Assembly: GCA_963737645.1 (NCBI GenBank)
Contig: CAVTTX010000004.1
Location: forward strand, 287,010-351,009
Source: Candidatus Acidiferrales bacterium
GTDB lineage: Bacteria; Acidobacteriota; Terriglobia; Acidiferrales; UBA7541
Direction: 5' to 3'
Length of the DNA: 64,000 nt
A program made the position numbers and the translations under genes. Each line of letters begins with the position of its first letter. Position 1 is the stretch's first letter. Shown piece by piece: positions 10,116 through 20,264 of the stretch. The notes beneath the pieces were generated by a model, which had not been told where the DNA came from, ran no database searches, and saw only the letters and a program-made list of their open reading frames with translations.

Positions 10116-11362
10116 GCCCTTTGTCGGAACGCGACTTGAGACCCGAACTGAAAATCCTGCATGTGGAAGTTGGCGGTACATACGGTGGTTCGCTGCGCGC
10201 ATTGGAACTTTATCTGGCTCACCGCAGTCGGCAGTGTGTGGATCATGATGTTCTTTTCTATTATCCCACGCCAAATGCGGAAAGATTGGCGCCCTATGTC
10301 GGGAAGCTTTCGAATTTATATTCGAAAGTTCCTGCATGGCTGAGCGTCATACCGCCGACCCAAAATAAACCAAGGAGGAAAGCGTTACGACACTTGGGGC
10401 GACTCCCTGGTGTGGCCGCCGCGCGAAATTGGGTTTCCACAATCGCCCAATTGCCAATAGCCTTTCGTTTGGCGCAATTCATCCGTCACGGGGAATACGA
10501 CCTCGTTCACATCAACAATACGTTTACGTATCAGGTGCCGACCCTACTCGCCGCCAGGTTTTCCGGTATCCCAGTCATCGCGCACGTCCGCAACCCAATA
10601 ACGAATGAGCAATTCACGCGTTTTTTAGTGCGACAGGTGAATTGCCTGGTTTCGGTCGCCGATGTTCATTCCGCCTACCTTCGGAATATAGAGCCTAGCT
10701 TGCGGGTTGTCACTTGCCGAGACGCGCTGGGACCGGTTTCCGTCGAGTCGCAGTCACGCCAGGCCTTGCGCTGCTCGCTCGTGCGTGATGGAGAGATTCT
10801 GGTCGGCTCACTCGGCAGGCTTGTCCCGTCGAAAGGCTTTGAATTTTTCGTCCGAGCTGCGTCCCTCGTTGTTGCCGAAGTGCCCAACGTCAAATTTGTG
10901 ATCGCCGGTGAGGGCCCACAAAGGCAGCAGCTTGAGAATTTCACAATTACGCTGGGTCTGCAGAACCGCTTCCAACTAATCGGGTTCCGTTCTGATTCGG
11001 CCAGTTTTCTTGCGGCGCTCGACATCTTCGTTTGCCCTTCTTTATGGGAGGGTGGGCCCTTGACTGTCCTTGAGGCCATGCAACTGGCTAAGCCAGTCAT
11101 TTCGACTGGCGTCGGTATCGTTCCGGAGGTCATTGAGGACGGGCGAAACGGATTGCTGGTTCCGACGCGAGACCCTTTCAGGCTCAAGGATGCAATCGTC
11201 GAATTGAGTCGTGACGTAGGCCTGCGGGAGCGTTTAGGCAATGAAGGGTTGGAGGCAATTGAGCTGTTCTGTGACCTGGAGGCCCGCGCGAGGGATCTGG
11301 ATCTGGCATTTCTTTCGACAGCGAGGGCCTGCACAAAAAACTACTCGATACCTATGTATTGA
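10112..11362 (+). CDS. GT4 glycosyltransferase
   Basis: GTGA overlap with wzx stop at 10112-10115; GRLVPSKG, PSLWEGGPLTVLEAM, NGLLVP. Confidence 0.9.
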   Translation: MSPLSERDLRPELKILHVEVGGTYGGSLRALELYLAHRSRQCVDHDVLFYYPTPNAERLAPYVGKLSNLYSKVPAWLSVIPPTQNKPRRKALRHLGRLPGVAAARNWVSTIAQLPIAFRLAQFIRHGEYDLVHINNTFTYQVPTLLAARFSGIPVIAHVRNPITNEQFTRFLVRQVNCLVSVADVHSAYLRNIEPSLRVVTCRDALGPVSVESQSRQALRCSLVRDGEILVGSLGRLVPSKGFEFFVRAASLVVAEVPNVKFVIAGEGPQRQQLENFTITLGLQNRFQLIGFRSDSASFLAALDIFVCPSLWEGGPLTVLEAMQLAKPVISTGVGIVPEVIEDGRNGLLVPTRDPFRLKDAIVELSRDVGLRERLGNEGLEAIELFCDLEARARDLDLAFLSTARACTKNYSIPMY

Positions 11363-11402
11363 GCGCACAGCAATCCAAACAAGCACCCCGCAATACGGTC
11401 CC

Positions 11403-12329
11403 GTGAGAGTTTCCGTCATCATGCCCGCGTACAATCGCGGGTACATCATCTCAGAAGCGCTGGAAAGCCTCTTCGCACAAACCTATCACGACTTCGAGCT
11501 AATCGTGGTGGATGACGGCTCGACGGACGACACGGGCGAAGTTGTGTCACGATTTACCGACACGCGTCTCCGTTACGTGCGTCACGAACAAAACCGTGGC
11601 TGTAGCGCCGCTTACAATACCGGTTTTCGTCAATCACGCGGTGAATTTGTCGCCATTCTAGACTCTGATGATCTTTGGAGAGCAGGGAAGCTCGCCAATG
11701 ACGTCGATTTTCTCGATCGTCACCGTGAAGCCGATGCGGTCTTCACCGACCTAGAGAAGCTAGATGGCTCGCGCTTCACTCCGTCCTTCATGCGCGAGTC
11801 GCCGTGCATGGCAGCCTTACTTGCGCAAAAGCGATGGCCCAAGGAGCGCGTGTTCTCGCAGAGGGAAATGTATCTTTGCCTCCTCCAAGAGGTTCCTGTG
11901 AAGACACCCGCTTGTACAATCCGGCGCGCTGCACTGGAAGACGTTGGTTACTTCAACGAAACGTGGCCCTCCGGCAGCGATTGGAATTTCTTTCTACGGT
12001 TCTCCAAACATCACAGATTTGGATACGTTGACGAGCCGCTAGCCATCGTGCGGGTGCAGTCCGACGCCACGCACCGTCTCCACGCCGTCGCGGATAAGTC
12101 CCTAGTCCTCGGGATGCTTCACGCAGAATTCAAGCACACAAACGACCCTGAGATTCGCAAATCAGCAAAGATGGGTTACCGTGACGCTGTGCGACATTTG
12201 TCCTGGGAATATCTGAGGCGTGGTGAAAAACTAAATGCATCTCAGGCACTAGCCCGAGGCTTCCTCGCAACCGGCCAACCAGGATTGCTGGCCAGGTCCC
12301 TTTACGCCTTGGTCAGAAAGGACTCCTGA
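11403..12329 (+). CDS. GT2 glycosyltransferase
   Basis: VSVIMPAYN, VVDDGSTD, LDSDD, SDW motifs; start at in-frame GTG 11403 (uncertain). Confidence 0.88.
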   Translation: MRVSVIMPAYNRGYIISEALESLFAQTYHDFELIVVDDGSTDDTGEVVSRFTDTRLRYVRHEQNRGCSAAYNTGFRQSRGEFVAILDSDDLWRAGKLANDVDFLDRHREADAVFTDLEKLDGSRFTPSFMRESPCMAALLAQKRWPKERVFSQREMYLCLLQEVPVKTPACTIRRAALEDVGYFNETWPSGSDWNFFLRFSKHHRFGYVDEPLAIVRVQSDATHRLHAVADKSLVLGMLHAEFKHTNDPEIRKSAKMGYRDAVRHLSWEYLRRGEKLNASQALARGFLATGQPGLLARSLYALVRKDS

Positions 12330-12387
12330 AAGAAATTTATCGCTACGTTTTTCATACTCAATCTACTTATTCAGTCGACGTGCGCTG

Positions 12388-13410
12388 ATGGAACCAGGCA
12401 AGCGCCATATGTTTTCACGAGCCACTATTCTTACCACCCACCACAAGAATTACGACCCACGCTGGTGCCGGCACGTTGTAATACTGCCGGGTTATGTCGA
12501 GGACTGGAAGCGTTTTGGAGGACAACTTCCAATCACCAAAAGTGTAGTCTGGGGCTGGCGGCTTTTCCGTCTCAGCAGGCAATTTCAGGTAGTTGTAACT
12601 GGCAGCGAGCGCCTCGCGTTCGCCTTCGCCACATTACAGAAATTCCGGCGTCATAAGGTTCCTCACATTTTTATGCAGTCCATGTGGGATCTGCCCGAAG
12701 GCCGCATGGCCCGGCTCGTCAAGCGGGCACTGTTTCGTGCTGTTGTGACCTCCGCCTCCCGCGTGGTGGTCTTTTCACGTCGGCAGCTGGAGCTGTATCC
12801 CCGAGAACTGGGACTGCCCCGGAATAAACTGGTTTTCCTCTTTTCTCACACATCGCTTTACGGCAAGAAATATCCCGTCAGTCGGGGAGACTACGTCTTC
12901 TCAGGTGGTGATTCTAACCGCGATTACCGCACCCTGGTAGCTGCATCACAAGGTCTGAACTGCCAGTTCAAGATCGTCACACATAAATTGGACGGCTTGG
13001 ATCGACAGCAACTCCCTCCCAATATCGAAATCATCGCTGGTTTACCAAGCGACGAATTTAATCTCATGATGGCCAGGGCCGCGGCTGTGGTCGTCCCGCT
13101 TCGCCCAGGCGCGCTGGAAACAGGTGGCCGCACCGTCTATGCCAATGCTATGAGCATGGGTAAAGCTGTGATTGTGGGCGACGATGATGCCGGCGATTAC
13201 ATAACCAACGAACACGATGGACTCCTGGTTCCCGCCGGTGATCCCATTGCATTGCGTCAAGCCATCGGTCGCGTTTTTGTTGATACGCAATTAACCTCAC
13301 GCCTCGAATGCAACGCCAAACAAACGGCTCAGGCCTTTGCGCCTGAGGTTTTCTTCGAGGCTATTTTCGCCCTGGTTGACCATGCCACCGGCTCGGCCAA
13401 GGCAGCCTGA
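12388..13410 (+). CDS. GT4-like glycosyltransferase
   Basis: FSGGDSNRDY, VVVPL, NAMSMGKAVIV, DGLLVPAGD GT-B C-terminal motifs. Confidence 0.82.
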   Translation: MEPGKRHMFSRATILTTHHKNYDPRWCRHVVILPGYVEDWKRFGGQLPITKSVVWGWRLFRLSRQFQVVVTGSERLAFAFATLQKFRRHKVPHIFMQSMWDLPEGRMARLVKRALFRAVVTSASRVVVFSRRQLELYPRELGLPRNKLVFLFSHTSLYGKKYPVSRGDYVFSGGDSNRDYRTLVAASQGLNCQFKIVTHKLDGLDRQQLPPNIEIIAGLPSDEFNLMMARAAAVVVPLRPGALETGGRTVYANAMSMGKAVIVGDDDAGDYITNEHDGLLVPAGDPIALRQAIGRVFVDTQLTSRLECNAKQTAQAFAPEVFFEAIFALVDHATGSAKAA

Positions 13411-13439
13411 CATAATAGGATTTCCCATAGAGGTGCCTT

Positions 13440-14093
13440 ATGAACATCTCCCAGATCAATCGCTCGGTGAAGGCCTACGGTATACGCCTATTTGCGTCTC
13501 CATACAGAACGGATGATCGCTTGGTCGAGTTTTCTATTTCCCAGCTACTGGCAATGCAGAAGCGCCAGGAAGCCATTGCTCTTATGGAACGCGTTCGCCG
13601 CTTGGCTCCCTCTGTAATCGTTGAAATCGGTACCGCTGGCGGCGGCAGTTTGGTTTTGCTCTGCCGCGCCGCTCCTGCCAACGCCACCCTTATTTCGGTC
13701 GACTTGCCGCGACACCTTGGCGGCTACCACTGGACAAAAATTCCTCTCTATCACAGCTTTGCTCGTCCAACACAAACGTTGCACTTAGTGCGTGGCGACT
13801 CGCATGCGGATGCTACGCTCGCTGAAGTTCGCCTGCACCTCCGAAATCGTCCCGTCGATTTCCTGCTGATCGATGGTGACCACCGTTACGAGGGTGCCAG
13901 GCGCGACTTCGAGCTCTACTCACCTTTAGTTCGATCCGGTGGTGCTATTGCCTTTCACGATATCCGCCCCCACTTTCGCGCCGACATTAAGGTCGATCTC
14001 CTGTGGCACGAACTCCGTTCACGGTATCGTCACGAGGAAGTAATTGCCGACGCCAACTCCAATGGTTACGGAATTGGTTTGCTGTATGTCTAA
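13440..14093 (+). CDS. Class I SAM-dependent methyltransferase (Methyltransf_24-like)
   Basis: VEIGTAGGGS, VDFLLIDGDHRYEG, LVRSGGAIAFHD. Confidence 0.88.
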   Translation: MNISQINRSVKAYGIRLFASPYRTDDRLVEFSISQLLAMQKRQEAIALMERVRRLAPSVIVEIGTAGGGSLVLLCRAAPANATLISVDLPRHLGGYHWTKIPLYHSFARPTQTLHLVRGDSHADATLAEVRLHLRNRPVDFLLIDGDHRYEGARRDFELYSPLVRSGGAIAFHDIRPHFRADIKVDLLWHELRSRYRHEEVIADANSNGYGIGLLYV

Positions 14094-14119
14094 CGACCCA
14101 CCAGCTGCTGCCCTCGGTC

Positions 14120-16198
14120 ATGGGCTCTGCAAAAGGTCCCAAGTTGAACTCCCGGATCGACATTAATATCCGTAATCCTTACCTCTGGTTGGTTCCGGCT
14201 CTGCTGCTCGTGCTCGCTGCCGGTGGCCATTGGTTCGGCATTCTCCCACGCGTCGTTCATGCCGCCACTCATCTCCCAGCAGCTAAATTTATCGTCGGTG
14301 GCCTAACTCAACCCCAGATTTCCGGTGGCCTTTCTCCGGAATTGCTCGTCAACGCTGATTTCACCAAGGGCCTCGACGGCTGGATAGCCAACCCCGAGTG
14401 CTGGAGTATCGATCGCTCCGCATCCTCCGACGTCACTCCCAGCCTCAAACTCTCCAACCCCAATACCTGTGTTACCTGGACTCCCGATGCCAGAAATCAG
14501 CATCCCGTGCCACCGGGCACCTACACCATTTCTGGTGAAGTCAAAACTCTTGCTGTCGATGGCTCCGTTGGCGGAGGCGTTCGCGTCTCTGTTGGGTGGA
14601 ACGCCACCCAACCCTTCAGCGGCACCAGCGACTGGATCCCTTTCAACCTTGAACACCTTGTTCTCCCGGCAGGGGCCCCTGTTGAGTTTCACGTCGAGTC
14701 CTATCGCAAAGCCGCCGGTACCGCGTGGTTCCGTCATCTTTCGCTTCGCCGCGAACTTCCTCCGCCTTTAGCCTTGTTCCTGCTTTATCCCAATTACCGT
14801 GCCCTGTTGTTCGACGATCAAAGTCAACTCGTGAAGTTAGATGTGGAAGTGGCGAATCCGGAGCGCCCCTCCACCGTGAATCTCGCTGCCAGGGATTCCT
14901 TCGGCAACGTTGTCGCCTCTGCCTCGCAAACCGCTTCGTCACCCGAATTCACCATGCAACTCGATCTTTCCGCCGTTCCCGTCGGTACGTACACTGTCGA
15001 AGGAACACTCATCGGATCGGATCAGCGCTTTAAGCAGAGCTCCTATCGGGTCGTCAAACTTCCCGCCGGTTCCCGCCAAAAATTCAAAGCCTATGTCGAC
15101 AGCGGTAATCGTCTCTGGCTGGATGATGGTCAACCCCATTTTATCCTCGGGATCTACGACACTACTGGCTACTCCGAATCGGTTGACGCTTGGACCCCCG
15201 AACTCAATCAGATTGCTCGTGCTCCCATTAACACGATCATCAACTATTGGATTACCAACGCTCCTGCCACCGCCATCCGCGCTTATACCGAAGCGATGCG
15301 CCCCTTCGGCATTCGCTTCCTCGCCACCGTCAACAATTTTTATACGGACAACCCTGATTATCCCAACTCCCAGTCCTGCGCTTCTCAAGGTCCCAACGCC
15401 TTAATCAGTTGTTATTCGTCGGCACTGGCAGGGAACTCCCGGGTCGCCGGCTATTACGTCCAGGATGAACCGTTGCCTAATGCCATCGCTCCGACCTTTC
15501 ACCAATACCAACTCATCAAGGCCAACGATCCCGCTGGCATCACTTTGGCCGTTTTGAACAGACCGCAAGATCTCCCGCTATGGCGCGATGCCGTCGACGT
15601 TCTTTCCGTCGATCCATATCCTATGTGGGTCCCCCCTTACAACTGGTCCATGGTCCCCGATTGGACCCGCGCTGCTGTTGCTGCCGTTCACGGCTCGCGT
15701 CCCGTCTGGACCGTCATCCAATTTTTCAAAGCCACTTCCGTATCGTCTTGGCCCACCGATCAACAACTCTTCGACATGAGTTGGGCCGCCATCGCCGAAG
15801 GTGCTACTGGTGTGTTCTATTGGTCCCACGGCGCGGGTGCGCTGGCGTGGGTAAAGGATCCCGCGGAGCATAACCGCCTCTACACCGAGCTGATCAACGT
15901 CACTGAAGGAATCAACGCTCTGGAACCCGAGCTTCTCTCCGACGACACACCCCTCCTTGCCTCCAATTCCGCTCAGGGCCTCATCATCACCAAAGAAAAA
16001 TCTGTCCCCGGCCGTCCCGGTTGCGTGATCGCCTACAATCACAGCAACTCCATCGTCACCGCCACCTTTACACTAAAAAATCCTGCCTCTGGCATCACGG
16101 CATATACCGAAGGGCGTGCCCTCACCCTTCTGCAAGGTCGCACCACCTTTTCCGACACGTTCGAAGCCTTTCAAGCTCACGTCTATCAAATCCAATAA
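14120..16198 (+). CDS. N-terminally anchored/secreted protein: CBM-like beta-sandwich plus putative glycoside-hydrolase TIM barrel
   Basis: Hydrophobic N-terminus; LLVNADFTKGLDGW CBM4/9-like start; GYYVQDEP and DVLSVDPYP barrel motifs; start 14120 or TTG 14144. Confidence 0.55.
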   Translation: MGSAKGPKLNSRIDINIRNPYLWLVPALLLVLAAGGHWFGILPRVVHAATHLPAAKFIVGGLTQPQISGGLSPELLVNADFTKGLDGWIANPECWSIDRSASSDVTPSLKLSNPNTCVTWTPDARNQHPVPPGTYTISGEVKTLAVDGSVGGGVRVSVGWNATQPFSGTSDWIPFNLEHLVLPAGAPVEFHVESYRKAAGTAWFRHLSLRRELPPPLALFLLYPNYRALLFDDQSQLVKLDVEVANPERPSTVNLAARDSFGNVVASASQTASSPEFTMQLDLSAVPVGTYTVEGTLIGSDQRFKQSSYRVVKLPAGSRQKFKAYVDSGNRLWLDDGQPHFILGIYDTTGYSESVDAWTPELNQIARAPINTIINYWITNAPATAIRAYTEAMRPFGIRFLATVNNFYTDNPDYPNSQSCASQGPNALISCYSSALAGNSRVAGYYVQDEPLPNAIAPTFHQYQLIKANDPAGITLAVLNRPQDLPLWRDAVDVLSVDPYPMWVPPYNWSMVPDWTRAAVAAVHGSRPVWTVIQFFKATSVSSWPTDQQLFDMSWAAIAEGATGVFYWSHGAGALAWVKDPAEHNRLYTELINVTEGINALEPELLSDDTPLLASNSAQGLIITKEKSVPGRPGCVIAYNHSNSIVTATFTLKNPASGITAYTEGRALTLLQGRTTFSDTFEAFQAHVYQIQ

Positions 16199-16200
16199 GT

Positions 16201-17130
16201 ATGGCGCCTCATCCACTGCAGACCAGCCTCAGCTTATCAACAGGAAGCTCATTGAAGTCGATCACTACCACCTCGCAAAACGTCCGGCTTGACCGAATCT
16301 CGATCGTTTGGTCTCTAATTTCCCTCGCCCTCCTTTTCCTGCTCTATTCGCAAGTCCTGCACGCTTTGATCCTCGATTGGTGGACCGATCCCGACTACGG
16401 CTACGGCTTCTTTGTCCCACTCTTTTCCGCTTATATTCTCTGGACCCAGCGTCATCGCTGGTCGCAAATCGAAATCAAACCCAGCAACTTTGGCCTTGTC
16501 GTCATCCTCACCTCCGTTTCTCTTCTTTTCCTCGCTACTCTCGGTGCCGAGTTGTTCACTACCCGTTTCTCTCTCTTGCTGCTGTTGACCGGTCTCATCC
16601 TCTTCCTCGCTGGATGGAAATGGCTCCGCGGAGTTTCCTTCGCGCTCGCTTTTCTCGCGCTGATGATTCCCATTCCCGTAATCATTTATAACCAGGTCAC
16701 CTTCCCGCTGCAGTTGCTGGCCTCCCGTCTGGCTTCCTCGCTGTTGGAACTAGTCGGTGTACCCGTCCTGCGCGACGGCAACGTTCTCGTACTCTCCAAT
16801 TACTCTTTGGAAGTCGCCGAAGCCTGCAGCGGCATACGCTCCTTCATGAGCCTCATCGCTCTCGCGATTGCCTACGGTTATCTCGCGGAACCGCGCATTC
16901 TACTTCGCTGCATTCTCGTCGTCTTGATCATCCCCATTGCCATTGCCACCAACGCCATCCGCATCACGGCTGCCGGTGTTTTAGCTCGTCACTTTGGCTC
17001 CGCTGCCGCGCAGGGTTTCTTACACGAATTCTCCGGCTGGCTCACCTTTCTCCTCGCGCTGTTTCTCGTCTTCGTCAGCCATTGGATACTCCTGCGATTC
17101 ATTCGCTCGAGACAGCCCGCTCATGCCTAA
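16201..17130 (+). CDS. Exosortase (EpsH/XrtA family)
   Basis: About 8 TM segments; catalytic Cys in VAEACSGIRS, Arg in NAIRI, His in GFLHEFSG. Confidence 0.93.
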   Translation: MAPHPLQTSLSLSTGSSLKSITTTSQNVRLDRISIVWSLISLALLFLLYSQVLHALILDWWTDPDYGYGFFVPLFSAYILWTQRHRWSQIEIKPSNFGLVVILTSVSLLFLATLGAELFTTRFSLLLLLTGLILFLAGWKWLRGVSFALAFLALMIPIPVIIYNQVTFPLQLLASRLASSLLELVGVPVLRDGNVLVLSNYSLEVAEACSGIRSFMSLIALAIAYGYLAEPRILLRCILVVLIIPIAIATNAIRITAAGVLARHFGSAAAQGFLHEFSGWLTFLLALFLVFVSHWILLRFIRSRQPAHA

Positions 17131-17764
17131 TCGTCCACCCTACCTTCGTTTCTGGATTACCTCGGCGATTCTCCTCATCGCTTTCGCTCTTTTGCACACC
17201 GTAACGCGAGGCGAATCCACTGTTTCTCACCGCCCGCTCAGCGATTTTCCTCGGTCCTTCTCAGGCTGGACCAGCCAAGACCAACCCATCGAGCTCCGCA
17301 TCATTCAAGCCGTCAGTGTCACTGATTACACCAATCGCATCTATTTCGATTCGTCTCGCGACCCTATTCAGCTCTACATTGGCTTCTACGCCAGCCAGCG
17401 CACCGGCGACACGGTGCACTCCCCAAAGAACTGCTTGCCCGGCTCGGGCTGGGACCCCGTTCGTTTCAGTTATGTCACCATTCCCCTCAGCGCTGACCAC
17501 CAAGTCATCGTCAACGAAACCGTAGTGCAAAAAGGTCTCGACAAGCAACTCGTCTTCTACTGGTACCAGGGTCGCGGTCGTGTCATCGCTAGTGAATATT
17601 CGGCTAAATTTTGGATGGTCGCCGACGCCATTTCCCGCAATCGCACCGATGGCGCCTTGGTTCGCATCGTCACTCCCATCGACAACGGCGAAGTCGACGC
17701 CCGTGCTCGTTTGCTGCAGTTCACCCAGCTCTTATTCCCTCATTTGGACCAATTCTTACCCTGA
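17123..17764 (+). CDS. epsI: EpsI family protein
   Basis: HSPKNCLPGSGW and VFYWYQGRGR motifs; overlaps exosortase stop. Confidence 0.9.
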   Translation: MPNRPPYLRFWITSAILLIAFALLHTVTRGESTVSHRPLSDFPRSFSGWTSQDQPIELRIIQAVSVTDYTNRIYFDSSRDPIQLYIGFYASQRTGDTVHSPKNCLPGSGWDPVRFSYVTIPLSADHQVIVNETVVQKGLDKQLVFYWYQGRGRVIASEYSAKFWMVADAISRNRTDGALVRIVTPIDNGEVDARARLLQFTQLLFPHLDQFLP

Positions 17765-17792
17765 CCTTGATACCACTACGTAAAGGACGCTT

Positions 17793-20075
17793 ATGATCGT
17801 AAGACTACGCAGTTTCTTCGTGTCCGCTGTGATCCTTTCTCTTCTGCTCCTCAGCTCCTGTGCCACGGACCCTCAGAAGGCCAAAACGAAATACTTCGCC
17901 TCGGGCCAGGACTACATGAAGAAAGGTCAGTATGGCGATGCCGCCGTTGAATTTCAGAATGCTCTGCGTCTCGATCCACGCTTTGTCGACGCCTATTACC
18001 AACTCGCTCAAGCGGATGTCGCCCAGCGTGACTGGAGCGCTGCGTACGCCTCTCTCGAAAAAGCCGTCGAACTCGACCCCACCCGCCTGGATGCAAGGTT
18101 GGACCTGAGCCGGCTCCATTTTGCCGCACGAGACTTCACCGAAGCCGAAAGGGATGCTCGCACTGTCCTCGTCGAAGAGCCCAATAACGTCGCGGCTCAC
18201 CAAATTCTCGGCGCCGCTCTCATTGGTCAGCAAAAATCAGCGGATGCTTTGCAGGAATTCTCCAAAGTCACCGAATTGCGTCCCAACGATGCCAGCGCCT
18301 ATGTCAATTTAGCGCTCATAGAAATCAGCCTGTACCGCGTCGCTCCCGCGGAGCAGCACTTAAAAAAAGCCATCTCGGTCGATCCTCAATCCATTCAGGG
18401 CCATGAAGACCTTGCCCAGTTCTATCGGCTGCAAAATCGTCAGACCGAAGCCGAGCAGGTCTTGCGCGATGCTATTGCCAAGAATCCCGACGGAACTGCT
18501 CTCTATATCGACTGGGCTTCGATGCTGTCCGGGGAAGGGAAGAACGATCAGGCCGAGGCCCTCCTCGACAAATTGCGCAAACAACTCCCCAATTCTGCCG
18601 ATGCCAGTATCTCCATCGGCAATTTCTATTTCGTACGCAAGCAAACCGACCGAGCCCTCGCCGAGTATCGCCGCGGCTTATCCGTGTCGCCCAAAAGTCT
18701 CGAACTCGAGAAGCAGATTCAGGATCTCTACTTGGCCACCAATCAGGCCCAACTTGCTGCTGATCTCGATGCCCAGCTTATGAAGGACTTCCCCAAGGAT
18801 GTGATCGTCCGCGTCGACCACGGCCGCCTGCTTATTGCTCAAGGCAAAGCCGGCGACGCCATCATCTTTCTCCAAAAAGTTGTGAAGGATGCCGCTGACT
18901 CCGCGCAAGCTTACTATTACTTAGCCACCGCGTATTGGCAGCACGGCGATATCGCGCAAGCCCAAAGTTCACTCCAGGATGCTTTGAAAGTTTCGCCTGG
19001 CATGCCTGTCGCTTTGCGGGCCCTCGCTCGTTTAAGCTTTGCTCAGGCCAATTCCCATGACGCGCAACTGTACGCTCAGGAGTTGGTTCAGAAGTTTCCG
19101 GCTGACCCCTCCGACCGTCTGCTTCTCGCCGAAACACTTGCCCAACAAAAGAACTTCCACCAGGCTGAACAACAACTTCTCGCCGCCAAACAGTTGACTC
19201 CCAACGATCCATCCACTCACCTTGCCCTCGCCCACGTCTACTCCGCGCAACAGAAATTGTCCGACGCGCAAAAAGAATTTGAGCTGTGCCTCCAACTCGA
19301 TCCGCACAGCACCACCGCGCTCGGCCAATACGCCGATTACCTGGTCGCGCGAAATCAGTCCGAACAAGCCTTGGCTCGCGTCCAGCAGTATGTCGCGGCA
19401 AACGCTAACGACGCCAATGCCCACCTCATTCTCGGCGCGCTTCACTTTGACTCTCGCGATTACTCAGCCGCGCAAGCGGAATTCGAACAGGCCATCCAGA
19501 TCGAGCCCCAAGATGCTCAGGCCTATTTGCGACTTGGCAAACTCTATGAGGTTCAGGGTCACGGCAACGAAGCCATAGTCCGTTATCAAAAGGCCCTCGA
19601 TTTGCAGCCCAAGCTCGCTCCTCTCGCCACCATGATCGGAAATCTGTTCCTCGATAACGGTGATCTTGAGGCCGCTCGCAAATATTACCGTCAGGCCCTT
19701 GACGCTGATCCCGACTACGCCATCGCCAACGCCAATATGGCTTGGGCCGATGCCAGTGAAGGTAAAAATCTCGACGTTGCGCTGGCCATGGCTCAGCGTG
19801 CCAAATCACGTATGCCCGAGCTGCCTTCCATCAGCGACACTCTTGCCTGGGTCATGTACAAGCGGGGCAACTACGACGCCGCGGTTCCGCTGCTGCGCGA
19901 GTCCGTCCAAAAATCTCCCGATTCCGCCGAATTTCGCTATCACCTCGGCATGACGTTGATGGCGCTCGGCCAAAAAGCCGAAGGGAAGCAGCAACTTCAG
20001 ACCGCACTCCGCCTGAAACTCAATCGCTCCGACATGCAGCAAGCTCAAAGCGTCTTGGCGCAGGTAAACGAATGA
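17793..20075 (+). CDS. TPR-repeat lipoprotein, PrsT-like
   Basis: Lipobox LLLSSC, then more than 15 TPR-like repeats; follows epsI. Confidence 0.82.
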   Translation: MIVRLRSFFVSAVILSLLLLSSCATDPQKAKTKYFASGQDYMKKGQYGDAAVEFQNALRLDPRFVDAYYQLAQADVAQRDWSAAYASLEKAVELDPTRLDARLDLSRLHFAARDFTEAERDARTVLVEEPNNVAAHQILGAALIGQQKSADALQEFSKVTELRPNDASAYVNLALIEISLYRVAPAEQHLKKAISVDPQSIQGHEDLAQFYRLQNRQTEAEQVLRDAIAKNPDGTALYIDWASMLSGEGKNDQAEALLDKLRKQLPNSADASISIGNFYFVRKQTDRALAEYRRGLSVSPKSLELEKQIQDLYLATNQAQLAADLDAQLMKDFPKDVIVRVDHGRLLIAQGKAGDAIIFLQKVVKDAADSAQAYYYLATAYWQHGDIAQAQSSLQDALKVSPGMPVALRALARLSFAQANSHDAQLYAQELVQKFPADPSDRLLLAETLAQQKNFHQAEQQLLAAKQLTPNDPSTHLALAHVYSAQQKLSDAQKEFELCLQLDPHSTTALGQYADYLVARNQSEQALARVQQYVAANANDANAHLILGALHFDSRDYSAAQAEFEQAIQIEPQDAQAYLRLGKLYEVQGHGNEAIVRYQKALDLQPKLAPLATMIGNLFLDNGDLEAARKYYRQALDADPDYAIANANMAWADASEGKNLDVALAMAQRAKSRMPELPSISDTLAWVMYKRGNYDAAVPLLRESVQKSPDSAEFRYHLGMTLMALGQKAEGKQQLQTALRLKLNRSDMQQAQSVLAQVNE

Positions 20076-20264
20076 CCCTTGCTCTCCCACTGTCTCCCTG
20101 GCTCTGTTCTACTGTCCTCACGGTCTAATCCAAATGGCTTACTCTCACTGCTCTAATTCTTCAGGGTCAACCCATCCAGGGAATTGTAAACGCAGCAGAA
20201 AACCTTCATAACTGTGCATGCTGTTCCGCCCAGATCTTCAGGAGTGATTTGCCGGGGGATACAA

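Noticed and set aside
20076-20264. Sigma-54 promoter and PrsR-type enhancer upstream of the PEP-CTERM gene
   Set aside because: TGGC...TGC spacing is wrong (12 rather than 10 nt between GG and GC), and only a half site TGTAAA is present.
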